DNA of 64,000 nt, taken from an uncultured Phycisphaerales bacterium. Lineage in GTDB: Bacteria > Planctomycetota > Phycisphaerae > Sedimentisphaerales > Anaerobacaceae. The number at the start of each line of letters is the position of its first letter. Within the stretch, counting starts at the first letter, position 1. The stretch is from assembly GCA_963718665.1 (NCBI GenBank), contig OY970359.1:320001-384000 (forward strand). The letters are read 5' to 3'. Under the pieces are notes generated by a model, which searched no databases, had not been told where the DNA came from, and saw nothing but the letters and a program-made list of their open reading frames with translations. The translations under genes were made by a program, and so were the position numbers. Positions 1 to 9,178 of this stretch are shown one piece after another.

Positions 1-526
1 GCGGAATCAGCGGCACCTCTTTTATGAATAGCTCGTGGGCAATGCGATATATGGCTATCGCTATTATGCAGGGATAGCTAATGACAATCTCTTCGGGAGA
101 TTTCGCGGCCGGGTCACCGTCATACGCGGCCTTGACGTCGCCTTTAAGCATTTCCCGGATATGAGGCAGCTGCGTCAGGAGATGAATGGTAGCATCTTCG
201 GCCATTTTATGGCAGCCGCCCGTTTCGCAATTTTCCAGCCGGCAGCGGTATTTGAGCGCACGTTCTATCTGTGTGGAAAGCTCGGTGTAAATGTGGCAAA
301 GGACGTCTATCACGACGAAGTTGACGTTCGATTTTGTTACCATTCTTTTGCCGGTAAAACCGGGGAAAAGGACCTCGAAAATCATATCAAGTACTTCGAG
401 GATTTTGTCCCGCACAGGCAGATTGGTCGCGTCGATGAAGTTTATTCCCAAATCGCCCTGGTAGGTCCCGACGATTTCAGCGACTAATTGTTCAAGCTTT
501 TTGTCTGTCAAATCAGCTTTGGCCAT
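1..526 (-). CDS. cysE: Serine O-acetyltransferase (EpsC/CysE type); 3' end runs off the window
   Basis: Not in the ORF track. Manual minus-strand translation from ATG at 526 (SD GGAGAGG) gives MAKADLTDKK...DVKAAYDGDPAAKSPEEIVISYPCIIAIAIYRIAHELFIKEVPLIP, the serine acetyltransferase signature. It lies directly downstream of cysK. Confidence 0.9.
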   Translation of the reverse strand, partial: MAKADLTDKKLEQLVAEIVGTYQGDLGINFIDATNLPVRDKILEVLDMIFEVLFPGFTGKRMVTKSNVNFVVIDVLCHIYTELSTQIERALKYRCRLENCETGGCHKMAEDATIHLLTQLPHIREMLKGDVKAAYDGDPAAKSPEEIVISYPCIIAIAIYRIAHELFIKEVPLIP

Positions 527-559
527 ATAAGGTCCTCTCCTATAACCACCACGCGGCTT

Positions 560-1489
560 CTATGTGACGGCGGCAAACATTTCAGTAGATATATAACGCT
601 CGCCGGTATCGGGCAGAATCACGACTATCGTCTTGCCCTGGTTTTTGGGACGCTGCGAGACCTGGATTGCAGCCCATATCGCCGCACCGCAGCTTATCCC
701 GGCCAGTATCCCTTCTTTGGATGCCAGTTGACGAGCGGTCTCCATCGCATCCTGGTTTGTAACCTGAATTATTTCATCAATTATCTCACGGTTTAGCACG
801 TCCGGCAAAAAACCGGCGCCGATACCCTGAATCTTATGCGGGCCTGGTTTGCCGCCTGAAAGCACAGGCGAATCCTTCGGCTCAACCGCAATTACTTTGA
901 GATTTTTGTTTCGGCTTTTCAACACCTCGCCGCAACCGGTAATCGTTCCCCCCGTCCCGACGCCGGCCACAAAAAAATCAACCTTGCCATCGGTATCCGC
1001 CCATATTTCCTCGGCTGTCGTCTCACGGTGAACCTGCGGATTGGCAGGATTACTGAACTGCTGAGGCATAAAGGTGTTTGGGGTTTGGGCCATAAGCTCT
1101 TCGGCTTTTTTTATCGCGCCTCTCATTCCTTCGGCAGCAGGAGTAAGAACAAGTTTTGCGCCAAACATCGCCAGTATCTTGCGCCGTTCTATGCTCATCG
1201 ACTCCGGCATCGTCAGAATCAGATGATATCCCTTTGCCGCACAGACAAAGGCAAGGCCTATACCCGTGTTGCCGCTTGTCGGCTCGATGATTACAGTATC
1301 CGGCTTTATCAATCCCTTGTTTTCAGCGTCCTCTATCATCGACAACGCAATCCTGTCTTTGACGCTGCCGCAGGGATTTCTGGACTCAAGTTTTGCAACT
1401 ATAGTCGCCACGCCCGGATTCAATTTGTTAATCCGGACAAGAGGCGTAAAACCAATCGAAGCAGTTATATCATCAAATATCGCGCTCAT
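560..1489 (-). CDS. cysK: Cysteine synthase A
   Basis: PLP-lysine motif [41 protein letters not shown] and DTGERYIST. The ATG at 1489 is preferred over the track start at 1501. Confidence 0.96.
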   Translation of the reverse strand: MSAIFDDITASIGFTPLVRINKLNPGVATIVAKLESRNPCGSVKDRIALSMIEDAENKGLIKPDTVIIEPTSGNTGIGLAFVCAAKGYHLILTMPESMSIERRKILAMFGAKLVLTPAAEGMRGAIKKAEELMAQTPNTFMPQQFSNPANPQVHRETTAEEIWADTDGKVDFFVAGVGTGGTITGCGEVLKSRNKNLKVIAVEPKDSPVLSGGKPGPHKIQGIGAGFLPDVLNREIIDEIIQVTNQDAMETARQLASKEGILAGISCGAAIWAAIQVSQRPKNQGKTIVVILPDTGERYISTEMFAAVT

Positions 1490-1503
1490 AGCAATTTCCA
1501 ATT

Positions 1504-1935
1504 CTATATCTGGTAATCCGACTTGTTGACTTTAGATTTTTCAATCACATCCTGCAGAGTTGTTGCCTGTAAAACATTTCTCACTGCCCGCTGGATATCG
1601 CTCCACACCTGCCTGGCTACACAATTGACCGCCTTATTACAGTATTTTTCGTTGCTTACACATTCCACAGTAACAACCGGCCCCTCAAAGACATCAAAAA
1701 CATCGCTTAGTTTAATCTTTTCGGGTGGATTAGCCAGAATATATCCTCCCTTTGCGCCGCGCTGACTTCGTATAAGGCCCGCAGATTTAAGGGCAGCCAT
1801 CAGTTGCTCAAGGTATTTGACTGAAATATCCTGATTCTGGGCAATCACCCTTGTCTGGAGAGGCCCTTTTCCGAAGTGTTCCGCCAACTCCAAAACCGCC
1901 CGCATCGCATATCTTGTTCTTGTTGATAGCTTCAT
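1504..1935 (-). CDS. Rrf2-family transcriptional regulator (IscR/CymR-like, three C-terminal Cys)
   Basis: [31 protein letters not shown] and ECV...YC...NC; first gene of the Rrf2-cysK-cysE operon. Confidence 0.93.
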   Translation of the reverse strand: MKLSTRTRYAMRAVLELAEHFGKGPLQTRVIAQNQDISVKYLEQLMAALKSAGLIRSQRGAKGGYILANPPEKIKLSDVFDVFEGPVVTVECVSNEKYCNKAVNCVARQVWSDIQRAVRNVLQATTLQDVIEKSKVNKSDYQI

Positions 1936-1950
1936 ATTCCATTCTCCATT

Positions 1951-1974
1951 ATTCCTACTACCCTGGTAGTATAT
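1951..1974. promoter_or_regulatory. Putative Rrf2 autoregulatory operator
   Basis: ATTCCTACTACCCTGGTAGTATAT contains the palindrome TACTAC-N4-GTAGTA just upstream of the Rrf2 start. The half-site TCCTACTA recurs inverted within 2068-2091. Confidence 0.5.
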
Positions 1975-2230
1975 TATACGAACAGCCCTATATTTGGTAT
2001 TAAAAAAATATGTAAAATTTTCAAAAAAAGTGTTTTAAACAGGCTTTTCAATATGATGCTATCGCTTATATCAGTAGTATTAGTAGGATATTGTCATACA
2101 ATACATACGGACTGTGCCGGAAAGAAAATCGACTGTGTCTTTCGACATAGCTGTTCCAAGAGCCGTAGTATATAGCGATACTGTTACGGATAACCTTGAC
2201 GCAGGTTCGGCGTAACAATAAGATTGGTGT

Positions 2231-3301
2231 ATGGCAAAACAATCTCTGCCCAAGCCATCGCTGGAGCATCTTCGTCGGCTAACCGATGATACGGGGCTTT
2301 TTCAGCACGCCAAGTTCACAATACCGCTTCGCAGCGAGGGCTACACGACCGACGACAACGCCAGGGCTTTAATCGTGGCGACAAAACACTATGCCCTGTA
2401 CCGCAAGCCGGAAACACTGCAACTAATCGACAGGTATTTGGCTTTTGTTCTTCATTCGCACAACGACGACCCTTCTTCGCTATCGCTACGAAGGGCAGGT
2501 GGCACGGTGAAGAATTTTATGGATTTCGACAGGACCTGGCATAAGGCAGAGCCGGTCAATGACGCATTAGGACGGGTAATCTGGGCATTCGGGGCTGTTT
2601 TGGCACAACCTCCTTCCGAGATTTATGTGCCTATAGTTCAAGAGCGAATCGATATAGCGATGCCACTTATCAAGAAGCAATACCCGCGGGGATTGTCTTA
2701 TTCGATATTGGGTTTGGCTGGTTATCTTAAACGGCTCCCAGATGCAGAGAATGCTAAAAGCTGTATGGCAACCGCAGCGGATTTGATTGTGTCGCGGTTC
2801 AAGGAAAACACCAAACCGAATTGGCCCTGGTTCGAGAACATACTCACTTATGACAATGCGATGCTGCCTTGTGCGCTTTTCACGGCCGGTATAACACTTG
2901 GTGAAAAAAAATATCTGCAAGCCGCGAAGAAGGCCTGCGATTTTCTGTTGGCCAATACTTTTACGGGTGCTCACTTTAGTTTCATTGGTTGTAACGGCTG
3001 GTTTCCGCGGGGAGGTCAAAAGGCACAGTTCGACCAGCAACCAATCGAAGCGGCGGGGACAATTCTGATGTTAGACGCCGGATATAAGACGACAAAGGAC
3101 AAAAAATATCTGATGCTGCGGCAAAAAGCATTTAACTGGTTTTTGGGCGAGAATGACTTGGGGATTCCACTTTACGATTCGAAGAGCAAGGGCTGCGGCG
3201 ACGGGCTTGGTGCAGAAGGCGTCAGCTTAAATGAGGGAGCGGAAAGCACACTTAGTTTTCTGCTTGGTCTGCTGACAATGTGCGAAGGTAAACATCTATG
3301 A
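2231..3301 (+). CDS. Six-hairpin glycosidase-like protein (resembles the C-terminal domain of GT4-fused glycosyltransferases)
   Basis: LTDDTGLFQHA, GYTTDDNARAL, WPWFENILTYDNA, FDQQPIEA and NEGAESTLSFL motifs. Confidence 0.7.
   Translation: MAKQSLPKPSLEHLRRLTDDTGLFQHAKFTIPLRSEGYTTDDNARALIVATKHYALYRKPETLQLIDRYLAFVLHSHNDDPSSLSLRRAGGTVKNFMDFDRTWHKAEPVNDALGRVIWAFGAVLAQPPSEIYVPIVQERIDIAMPLIKKQYPRGLSYSILGLAGYLKRLPDAENAKSCMATAADLIVSRFKENTKPNWPWFENILTYDNAMLPCALFTAGITLGEKKYLQAAKKACDFLLANTFTGAHFSFIGCNGWFPRGGQKAQFDQQPIEAAGTILMLDAGYKTTKDKKYLMLRQKAFNWFLGENDLGIPLYDSKSKGCGDGLGAEGVSLNEGAESTLSFLLGLLTMCEGKHL
2470..2499. repeat. 30-nt palindromic mini-element inserted in frame (copy 1)
   Basis: CCCTTCTTCGCTATCGCTACGAAGGGCAGG is near-identical to 54892-54921 and adds PSSLSLRRAG to the protein. 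Confidence 0.75.
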
Positions 3302-4068
3302 TTGTCGCGAGTTTCAATGTCAATTCTTTGCGGGCGAGAATGCCTATTGTTCTCGACTGGCTGGCAAACACCAAACCAGATGTCCTGTGTGTGCAGGAAA
3401 CAAAAGTTCAGGACAAGGACTTCCCGGCTGAAGTATTCGATGAGGCAGGGTACAACTATGCCTTCGCGGGCCAGAAAAGTTATAACGGCGTGGCAATCTT
3501 AGCGAAAAGCAGAATCGCAGACGTACAGGCCGGCTTCGACGATGAACCGAAAGATGAACCCCGGCTGATAAAGGCCGAAATAAATGGGATAATAATCGTC
3601 AACACTTATGTCCCACAGGGGTATCTTCCCGAATCAGACAAATTTCAATACAAACTCGAATGGTTCAGACGATTGCGCAGGTTCTTTGAAGAACATTTCA
3701 AACCAACTGACCCGGTTTTGTGGGTTGGCGATTTGAATATCGCACCGGAGGCAATTGACGTTTACGACCCCGAAGGATTATTGGGAAATGTTTGTTATCA
3801 TCCTGACGTTCATAAAGAGTTAAAAAACGTAATGAGCTGGGGATTTGTTGACTCATTTCGGCTGCATTGCAAAGAGCCGGGGCAATATACGTTCTGGGAT
3901 TACAGGCCTATTAACGCCGTGAAACGCAACCTCGGCTGGCGATTAGACCATATTATGGCGACTAAACCATTAGCCGAAAAATGCACCGCCTGTTACATCG
4001 ACAAAGCCCCACGGTTATTGCCTCGTCCCAGCGACCACACGCCGATTATCGCGGAACTTGACTGGTAA
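3298..4068 (+). CDS. xth: Exodeoxyribonuclease III
   Basis: SFNVNSLRAR, QETKV, GQKSYNGVA, GDLNIAP, GWRLDHI and SDHTP. Confidence 0.95.
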   Translation: MIVASFNVNSLRARMPIVLDWLANTKPDVLCVQETKVQDKDFPAEVFDEAGYNYAFAGQKSYNGVAILAKSRIADVQAGFDDEPKDEPRLIKAEINGIIIVNTYVPQGYLPESDKFQYKLEWFRRLRRFFEEHFKPTDPVLWVGDLNIAPEAIDVYDPEGLLGNVCYHPDVHKELKNVMSWGFVDSFRLHCKEPGQYTFWDYRPINAVKRNLGWRLDHIMATKPLAEKCTACYIDKAPRLLPRPSDHTPIIAELDW

Positions 4069-4128
4069 AGAAACTGATATACCGCAAGTCCAACCTGCCA
4101 AGGCATCGTCGGCATATTATTAAAATTG

Positions 4129-5160
4129 TTATGGCTTTGCCTGCTGCTGAGTCATAAGATTTCGCTGGGTTTGTCCCAGAGCCGCCATGCCGCCGAGATT
4201 CATCGTATCGAGAACAGAACTCGGCACAATCATAAGCGAGCCGCCTGCCCGTATGCCTTCATAAACGATGTTCATTGCGCGAAGCTGCAAAGCAACAGGG
4301 TTATCCTGGTATCCTTTGGACGCCATGGCGAACTTTTCGGCAATTTCCATTTCCGCCTGTCCGAGTATTCCTCGCGCCTGCCGTTCTCTTTCGGCCTGGG
4401 CCTGCTTGGAAAGAACGTCCTTGAGGTTTTCAGGAATGGCTATGTCGCGGATTTCGATTGAGGTAACACTGATACCCCATGCCTCGGTCTTTGCTTCGAG
4501 CACCTTCTGAAGCGTCTTAGCCACCTTTTCCCGGTCGGAAAGAATTTCAGCAAGGGAATGGATGCCTACTATATCCCGAAGCGCGGTCTGAACAGCCAGT
4601 GAAATTGCCTGATAGTAGCTTTCGACCTCAAGCAGGGCTTTTTGGCTATCCCAGACATGCCAAAACGCTATTGCGTCGATATTCACAGGCACGGTATCGC
4701 TGGTAAGCATCGACTCGCTGTAAAAAGTTGTGGTGCGAACTCGCATATCCACAATACGGATAACACTTTCGAGGATGGGTAAAATCATAAAAAAGCCCGG
4801 GCCCCTGACAGAACTAAAACGACCTAATCGCAACACAAGGGCTTTATCCCATTCGGCCAAAAGGTGTGCGGACAAGGACCATAGTGCCGCAAGAATAAAA
4901 CCGACTATGAACGTGGCAACAGCAGGAGCCGTTCTGTCTGCCCGTAACAGAACTATGCCGCCAATAATTGTCCCTACAGCAATGATAACTGTAAGGAAGG
5001 TAATTGGTGCATAAGTCTTCATTCGCTGAATCTGGCGGACAGCATGGTCTTTATTAAGTTGTGTCATAGCATCATACATAGAGTTCTCCTTTTTGCGAAT
5101 AGTTTCAGTTAGTCCGGATGATACTTTTTCTGAAATGGCTTGTAGAAGATTGAAACGCAC
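4129..5160 (-). CDS. SPFH/Band 7 (stomatin-like) membrane protein
   Basis: Two N-terminal TM segments, LRLGRF...GPG, VDMRVRT, QTALRDIVG, IEIRDI, QAQAERERQA and ALQLR. An alternative start exists at ATG 5079. Confidence 0.9.
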   Translation of the reverse strand: MRFNLLQAISEKVSSGLTETIRKKENSMYDAMTQLNKDHAVRQIQRMKTYAPITFLTVIIAVGTIIGGIVLLRADRTAPAVATFIVGFILAALWSLSAHLLAEWDKALVLRLGRFSSVRGPGFFMILPILESVIRIVDMRVRTTTFYSESMLTSDTVPVNIDAIAFWHVWDSQKALLEVESYYQAISLAVQTALRDIVGIHSLAEILSDREKVAKTLQKVLEAKTEAWGISVTSIEIRDIAIPENLKDVLSKQAQAERERQARGILGQAEMEIAEKFAMASKGYQDNPVALQLRAMNIVYEGIRAGGSLMIVPSSVLDTMNLGGMAALGQTQRNLMTQQQAKP

Positions 5161-5193
5161 GAGATTCTCCTTTCCGCCGAAAGTATCGGCAAC

Positions 5194-5583
5194 TTATTCG
5201 GGTTGTTGTTTCTGCATACTCCGCAAGTATTCGACTATTTCATCGATGGTGAGATTTTGCAAATGGGCTCTTGAAATAAAATCTCTGCAAAGTTCTTCCA
5301 GCGCCCGCAGATTTTCACGATTCTTTTTCGCAGGAATAGACGGCTGCGGCCGGACAAATACACCTGTTCCCTGCTGCGTATCGAGAAAGCCGAGAAGCTG
5401 AAGCTGCGAATAGGCCTTTACCACAGTATTGGGGTTGACTTCCAGTTTTACAGCCAGGTCGCGGATAGTTGGTAATCTTTCGCCCGGCAGGATTGTGCCT
5501 GCGGAAATACTGGATAATATTATATCCACGAGTTGGCGATAAAAAGGCACATAGCTTTGTTTGTCTAACTTAAAGTTTATCAT
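5194..5583 (-). CDS. GntR-family (YtrA-like) regulator
   Basis: PFYRQL, GERLPTIRDLA, VNPNTVVKAY and GTGVFV; short 129-aa YtrA architecture. Confidence 0.93.
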   Translation of the reverse strand: MINFKLDKQSYVPFYRQLVDIILSSISAGTILPGERLPTIRDLAVKLEVNPNTVVKAYSQLQLLGFLDTQQGTGVFVRPQPSIPAKKNRENLRALEELCRDFISRAHLQNLTIDEIVEYLRSMQKQQPE

Positions 5584-5620
5584 TGTATTAGTATTATAGT
5601 ACAGTAGGTAACCAAGTCAA
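5584..5620 (-). promoter_or_regulatory. Sigma70-type promoter with overlapping YtrA-type operator
   Basis: The minus strand reads TTGACT-16-TATAAT-9nt-ATG. The palindrome TGTATTA-N6-TAGTACA (5584-5603) overlaps the -10. Confidence 0.7.
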
Positions 5621-5796
5621 GAAAAATCTTTTCAAAATTATGATTTAAATTCGGGAGCTGTACTTTTAATCCGAATATCTCACGGTATTTGCAATAAAAA
5701 AAACAGCATAACTGCTTGCTAAATAAGAAGTTACGATAACGACTCAGCCCAAGCGACCATACGTCGATTATCGTGGAGTTTGAATGGTAGTTCCCC

Positions 5797-6951
5797 TTAT
5801 CGGCCAGCGTCGTCCATATCAACGATATCCTCTTCTTCAACGGGCATAAACCACTTTTGGGCTATGAACGTTGGTATAACCGCGCTTGCGATTACAACAC
5901 CTACAAGGACTGAATACTGCACCTGGTCAATGTAGCCAGCGTTAAGCCCGAACAAGCTCGAAATCGTTCCAAAGGTAAGTCCCGTGCTCATCAATAATGT
6001 CGTGTATGTGCTTCCGTTGCGAATATATTTTCTCGCGAAGAAGTAAACGCCGATGAATTTGGTTGCTATTTTCAGCAGGAACAAAATAACAAATATCCCT
6101 CCTGCCGTGATTAGCATAGGCACCGATATTTTAAGCCCGCCAACGATGAAGAATACGGGCGTTATGAATGCATAAGCGACGGTACGAAGACGATCCCGGA
6201 CCGCTTTATTGCCGGACGTTTCGCCGAAATGGCGCGACATCAAAAGCCCTAATATAAACGCCGGCAAAATCGCGTGCCCGTCACCCAATTTGGCAAAATA
6301 CATAAATGCAATCAAAAGCAGGAATACGTATTTTATTTCCGGCTCAATCACCTTATTTTTCAACGTCTTGCTGTCAAACACTTTGTGTGAGAATTTTTCG
6401 GCAAAATATATCACATTCAGAGAAACCGATATGAAGACCAGCGTGTATATTGTCGGTTTGATGAAGAGAATGCTTAACGCAAGGGCGGTTCCCATTTCGG
6501 TAATGAAAGTTGACGCCATAAGAAACTTGCCTATCTGTGTTGATGACAATCCCGTCTCAACCAATACCGAATAGACCACAGCGAGCGAGGTCGTCGATAA
6601 AGCAGTGCCCGCAATCAGAGATGCCTGAAGAGACCAGCCCGCGACAAAAAATGTATAGAGGAAAACACCTAAGAACGGACACAGAAAAGAGAACCCGCCT
6701 ATGAGCATACTTTCTTTGAATTTCTCCCGCATCAAACGCGTATCAATCTCGGTCCCCGCTAAATACGTCAGGAGAATGCCCCCAAAACCGGCCAAGTACA
6801 TCATCCATTCTTCCGGCTTGAGACCAAAATACCCCCCTATCGCTCCGAGCAGGATTTCAATTATGGCTACCGAAAGCCCCAACTTCAAAGACAGCAAACT
6901 CGAAACGAAAATCAAACCACCTACAACCAGCGGAACCAAATCTGCATTCAT
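5797..6951 (-). CDS. Cation:proton antiporter (Na+/H+ exchanger/CPA superfamily) under a fluoride riboswitch
   Basis: About 12 hydrophobic segments; LTYLAGTEID, ALSTTSLAVV and PVFFIVGGLK motifs. Confidence 0.88.
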   Translation of the reverse strand: MNADLVPLVVGGLIFVSSLLSLKLGLSVAIIEILLGAIGGYFGLKPEEWMMYLAGFGGILLTYLAGTEIDTRLMREKFKESMLIGGFSFLCPFLGVFLYTFFVAGWSLQASLIAGTALSTTSLAVVYSVLVETGLSSTQIGKFLMASTFITEMGTALALSILFIKPTIYTLVFISVSLNVIYFAEKFSHKVFDSKTLKNKVIEPEIKYVFLLLIAFMYFAKLGDGHAILPAFILGLLMSRHFGETSGNKAVRDRLRTVAYAFITPVFFIVGGLKISVPMLITAGGIFVILFLLKIATKFIGVYFFARKYIRNGSTYTTLLMSTGLTFGTISSLFGLNAGYIDQVQYSVLVGVVIASAVIPTFIAQKWFMPVEEEDIVDMDDAGR

Positions 6952-6965
6952 ACTTTAATTTCCTT

Positions 6966-7002
6966 AAAAAGAAAAAACCTCTATCAATCTTTCGATAGAG
7001 GT
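6966..7002 (-). terminator. Second intrinsic terminator-like hairpin in the antiporter leader
   Basis: The minus strand reads ACCTCTATC-GAAAGATT-GATAGAGGT-TTTTTCTTTTT. Confidence 0.7.
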
Positions 7003-7004
7003 CT

Positions 7005-7038
7005 AAAAAATAACCCCTACCGTTGCCGGTAGAGGTTA
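7005..7038 (-). terminator. Riboswitch expression-platform terminator
   Basis: The minus strand reads TAACCTCTACCG-GCAA-CGGTAGGGGTTA-TTTTTT; the left arm overlaps the 3' end of the aptamer. Confidence 0.85.
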
Positions 7039-7085
7039 TTATCCCTATTTATGAGGGCGGTTATTAGGCGAACCTCATCGCCACC
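7029..7085 (-). ncRNA. Fluoride (crcB) riboswitch aptamer 1
   Basis: GGCGATGAGGTTCGCC-TAATAACCGCCCTCATAAATAGGG-ATAATAACCTCTAC: P1 GGCGA/TCGCC and pseudoknot GAGGT/ACCTC match the crcB motif. The upstream promoter is TTGAAA-17-TATTAT (7123-7095). Confidence 0.92.
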
Positions 7086-7171
7086 TTATTTGTAATAATA
7101 AAGTAACAGGTGTGAACTTTCAACACAATTTTTGATGTTTTTCGAGCCCCTTCACGAAGGTTCATATTGAT

Positions 7172-7200
7172 TTGACATTTACGGTTATAATGCCGATAAT
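7172..7200 (+). promoter_or_regulatory. Sigma70-type promoter of the dynamin-enolase operon
   Basis: TTGACA(7172-7177)-17-GATAAT(7195-7200), ending 9 nt before aptamer 2. Confidence 0.75.
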
Positions 7201-7209
7201 AAAAGATAA

Positions 7210-7257
7210 GGGGATGGAGTTCCCCATAACCGCTTGTATTGGCTGATAACTCCTGAC
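7210..7257 (+). ncRNA. Fluoride (crcB) riboswitch aptamer 2
   Basis: GGGGATGGAGTTCCCC-ATAACCGC-TTGTATTG-GCTGATAACTCCTGAC: P1 GGGGA/TCCCC and pseudoknot GGAGT/ACTCC, with compensatory changes relative to aptamer 1. Confidence 0.9.
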
Positions 7258-7324
7258 GATTTTCTGCGGCAATTTGGCTGTAGAAACGTAAAATAAGTTG
7301 CGCAAAAGATTAAGGAATGCGGTT

Positions 7325-9145
7325 ATGGGCGGCAATAACAAACCGAAAGAAAATCAAATTTACGCGCCACTAACTCTGAATATTCAAGAAGAGCTGGAAG
7401 ATGCCCTTGGTATTTTTGATTCACTTGGCACGGTATTTAGCTCGGATTCACAGAAGCTGCTCGAGCTCAAAGAGCGTATTAACGAAGGCCGATTCCATCT
7501 TGCGGTTTTAGGGCAATTTAAACGAGGCAAAAGCACCTTTCTCAACGCATTACTCGGGGAGACGCTACTGCCGACTTCTGTCGTGCCCCTGACGATGATT
7601 CCAACCTTTATTAAATCGGGCCCGGTCAGACGAGCCATAATTTATTACCAAGACCAAAATAAAAAAACCAATGAGATACAAGCGGATGAGCCGGAACAAT
7701 TGAATGTGTTTCTGCGAAAATTTGTAACGGAAGTTGAGAATCCAAAGAATCGTCTCGGCATATCGCAAGTCGAAGTTTTTCATCCTGCCTCTATTCTTCA
7801 GAACGGCGTAGTTATGATAGATACCCCCGGTATCGGTTCAACTTTGAAGCATAACACGGAGGCGACGCTCAATTTCCTTCCTCAGTGCGACGCTGCATTA
7901 TTTCTCGTTTCAGCCGACCCGCCCATAACTGATACGGAAGTGAAATTTCTTAAAGAAGTGAGGTCTAAAGTCCCGCGGCTGTTCTTTGTTTTAAACAAGA
8001 TTGATTACCTGTCCGGTGAAGATAAGGATAAGGCACTGGAATTCTTCAGGAAAGTTTTGGCAGAACAAGCCGAAATCGACTCTGATTCGCCTGTATTCTG
8101 TGTTTCTGCACAAAAGGGGCTTGAGGCAAAAGGAATGAAAGATTCCCTTGGGTGGGCAAAAAGCGGGATGGAAACAGCAGAAAAATACTTGGTTGGATTC
8201 CTGGCAAGCAAAAAAATAGAGGCACTGAATGAAGCGGTTGCCCTGAAAACCAATGATATCGTTACCGATTGCCTTATGAGAGTGAATCTCACAATCAATT
8301 CGCTCAAAATGCCGCTGGTAGATATGGAAAGGAAAATGGCCGTTTTCGAGGCCAAACTTAAGGAGTCACAAAACGAACGAATCGCTTTTGGCGACATCCT
8401 GACAGGGGAAAGAAAACGGATGGTCGAATCGCTTTATGATTATGCACAAACGCTTAAGAAAAAGGCCCGGTTGTATCTTGATAGCGTTGCCGTGGAACAC
8501 GCAACCAAGGGAGAGAAATCTCTGGATGAAGACACTGCTCAGGAGGCATTGGATGAGACAATCCCCGGATTCTGTGAGCATGAGGCCGGCCAAATGAGGA
8601 GGATATTTGACCAGCGAGCCACTGATTTATTAAAGAAGCACCAGAAGAAGGTAAATATTCTTGCTGAGTCCATCCGCAAAACGGCGGCCCAACTTTTCGA
8701 TATTTCGTATCAGCCGCTCCAACATCCTGCCGTTATGCCATCAATGCGGGACCTTTACTGGATTACTCAAAAGTGGGACACATCTTTTTTACCCATTCCA
8801 TTCGGTCTGCTGGAAAAAATTTTACCTAAGCGTATTCGTGAAGCAAGGGTTCATAAAAGGATAAAATCGCAGATTGACGACCTGGCAAATTACAACGTGG
8901 GCAAAATGCGGTTAGAGGTGCAGGAAAATATCGAAAACGCTTATGCTGCTTTCGCCAGAAATCTGGATTCATCTATGCAGGAGATTATTTCTTCGATTCA
9001 TATCGCCCTAAAAACAGCATTTACAAGAAAAAAAGACCAGTCCGAAACGATTGCAGATGAGATGCGAGAGTTAGAGTCGGCAGCTATGAAATTGGCTGAT
9101 ATCAAGAATAAACTTGTTCGGGATAGTGTCTATGCAAAACAATGA
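7325..9145 (+). CDS. Bacterial dynamin-like GTPase
   Basis: G1 GQFKRGKS, LLPTSVVPLT, G3 DTPG, G4 NKID and a long helical C-terminus. The ATG at 7325 has SD AAGGA. Confidence 0.9.
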   Translation: MGGNNKPKENQIYAPLTLNIQEELEDALGIFDSLGTVFSSDSQKLLELKERINEGRFHLAVLGQFKRGKSTFLNALLGETLLPTSVVPLTMIPTFIKSGPVRRAIIYYQDQNKKTNEIQADEPEQLNVFLRKFVTEVENPKNRLGISQVEVFHPASILQNGVVMIDTPGIGSTLKHNTEATLNFLPQCDAALFLVSADPPITDTEVKFLKEVRSKVPRLFFVLNKIDYLSGEDKDKALEFFRKVLAEQAEIDSDSPVFCVSAQKGLEAKGMKDSLGWAKSGMETAEKYLVGFLASKKIEALNEAVALKTNDIVTDCLMRVNLTINSLKMPLVDMERKMAVFEAKLKESQNERIAFGDILTGERKRMVESLYDYAQTLKKKARLYLDSVAVEHATKGEKSLDEDTAQEALDETIPGFCEHEAGQMRRIFDQRATDLLKKHQKKVNILAESIRKTAAQLFDISYQPLQHPAVMPSMRDLYWITQKWDTSFLPIPFGLLEKILPKRIREARVHKRIKSQIDDLANYNVGKMRLEVQENIENAYAAFARNLDSSMQEIISSIHIALKTAFTRKKDQSETIADEMRELESAAMKLADIKNKLVRDSVYAKQ

Positions 9146-9178
9146 ATTAAAAACTGAAAGGACTTTTAGGAAAATATT

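Noticed and set aside
35..796. Plus-strand ORFs of 150 and 102 aa
   Set aside because: They are antisense shadows of cysE and cysK, which carry the recognisable motifs.
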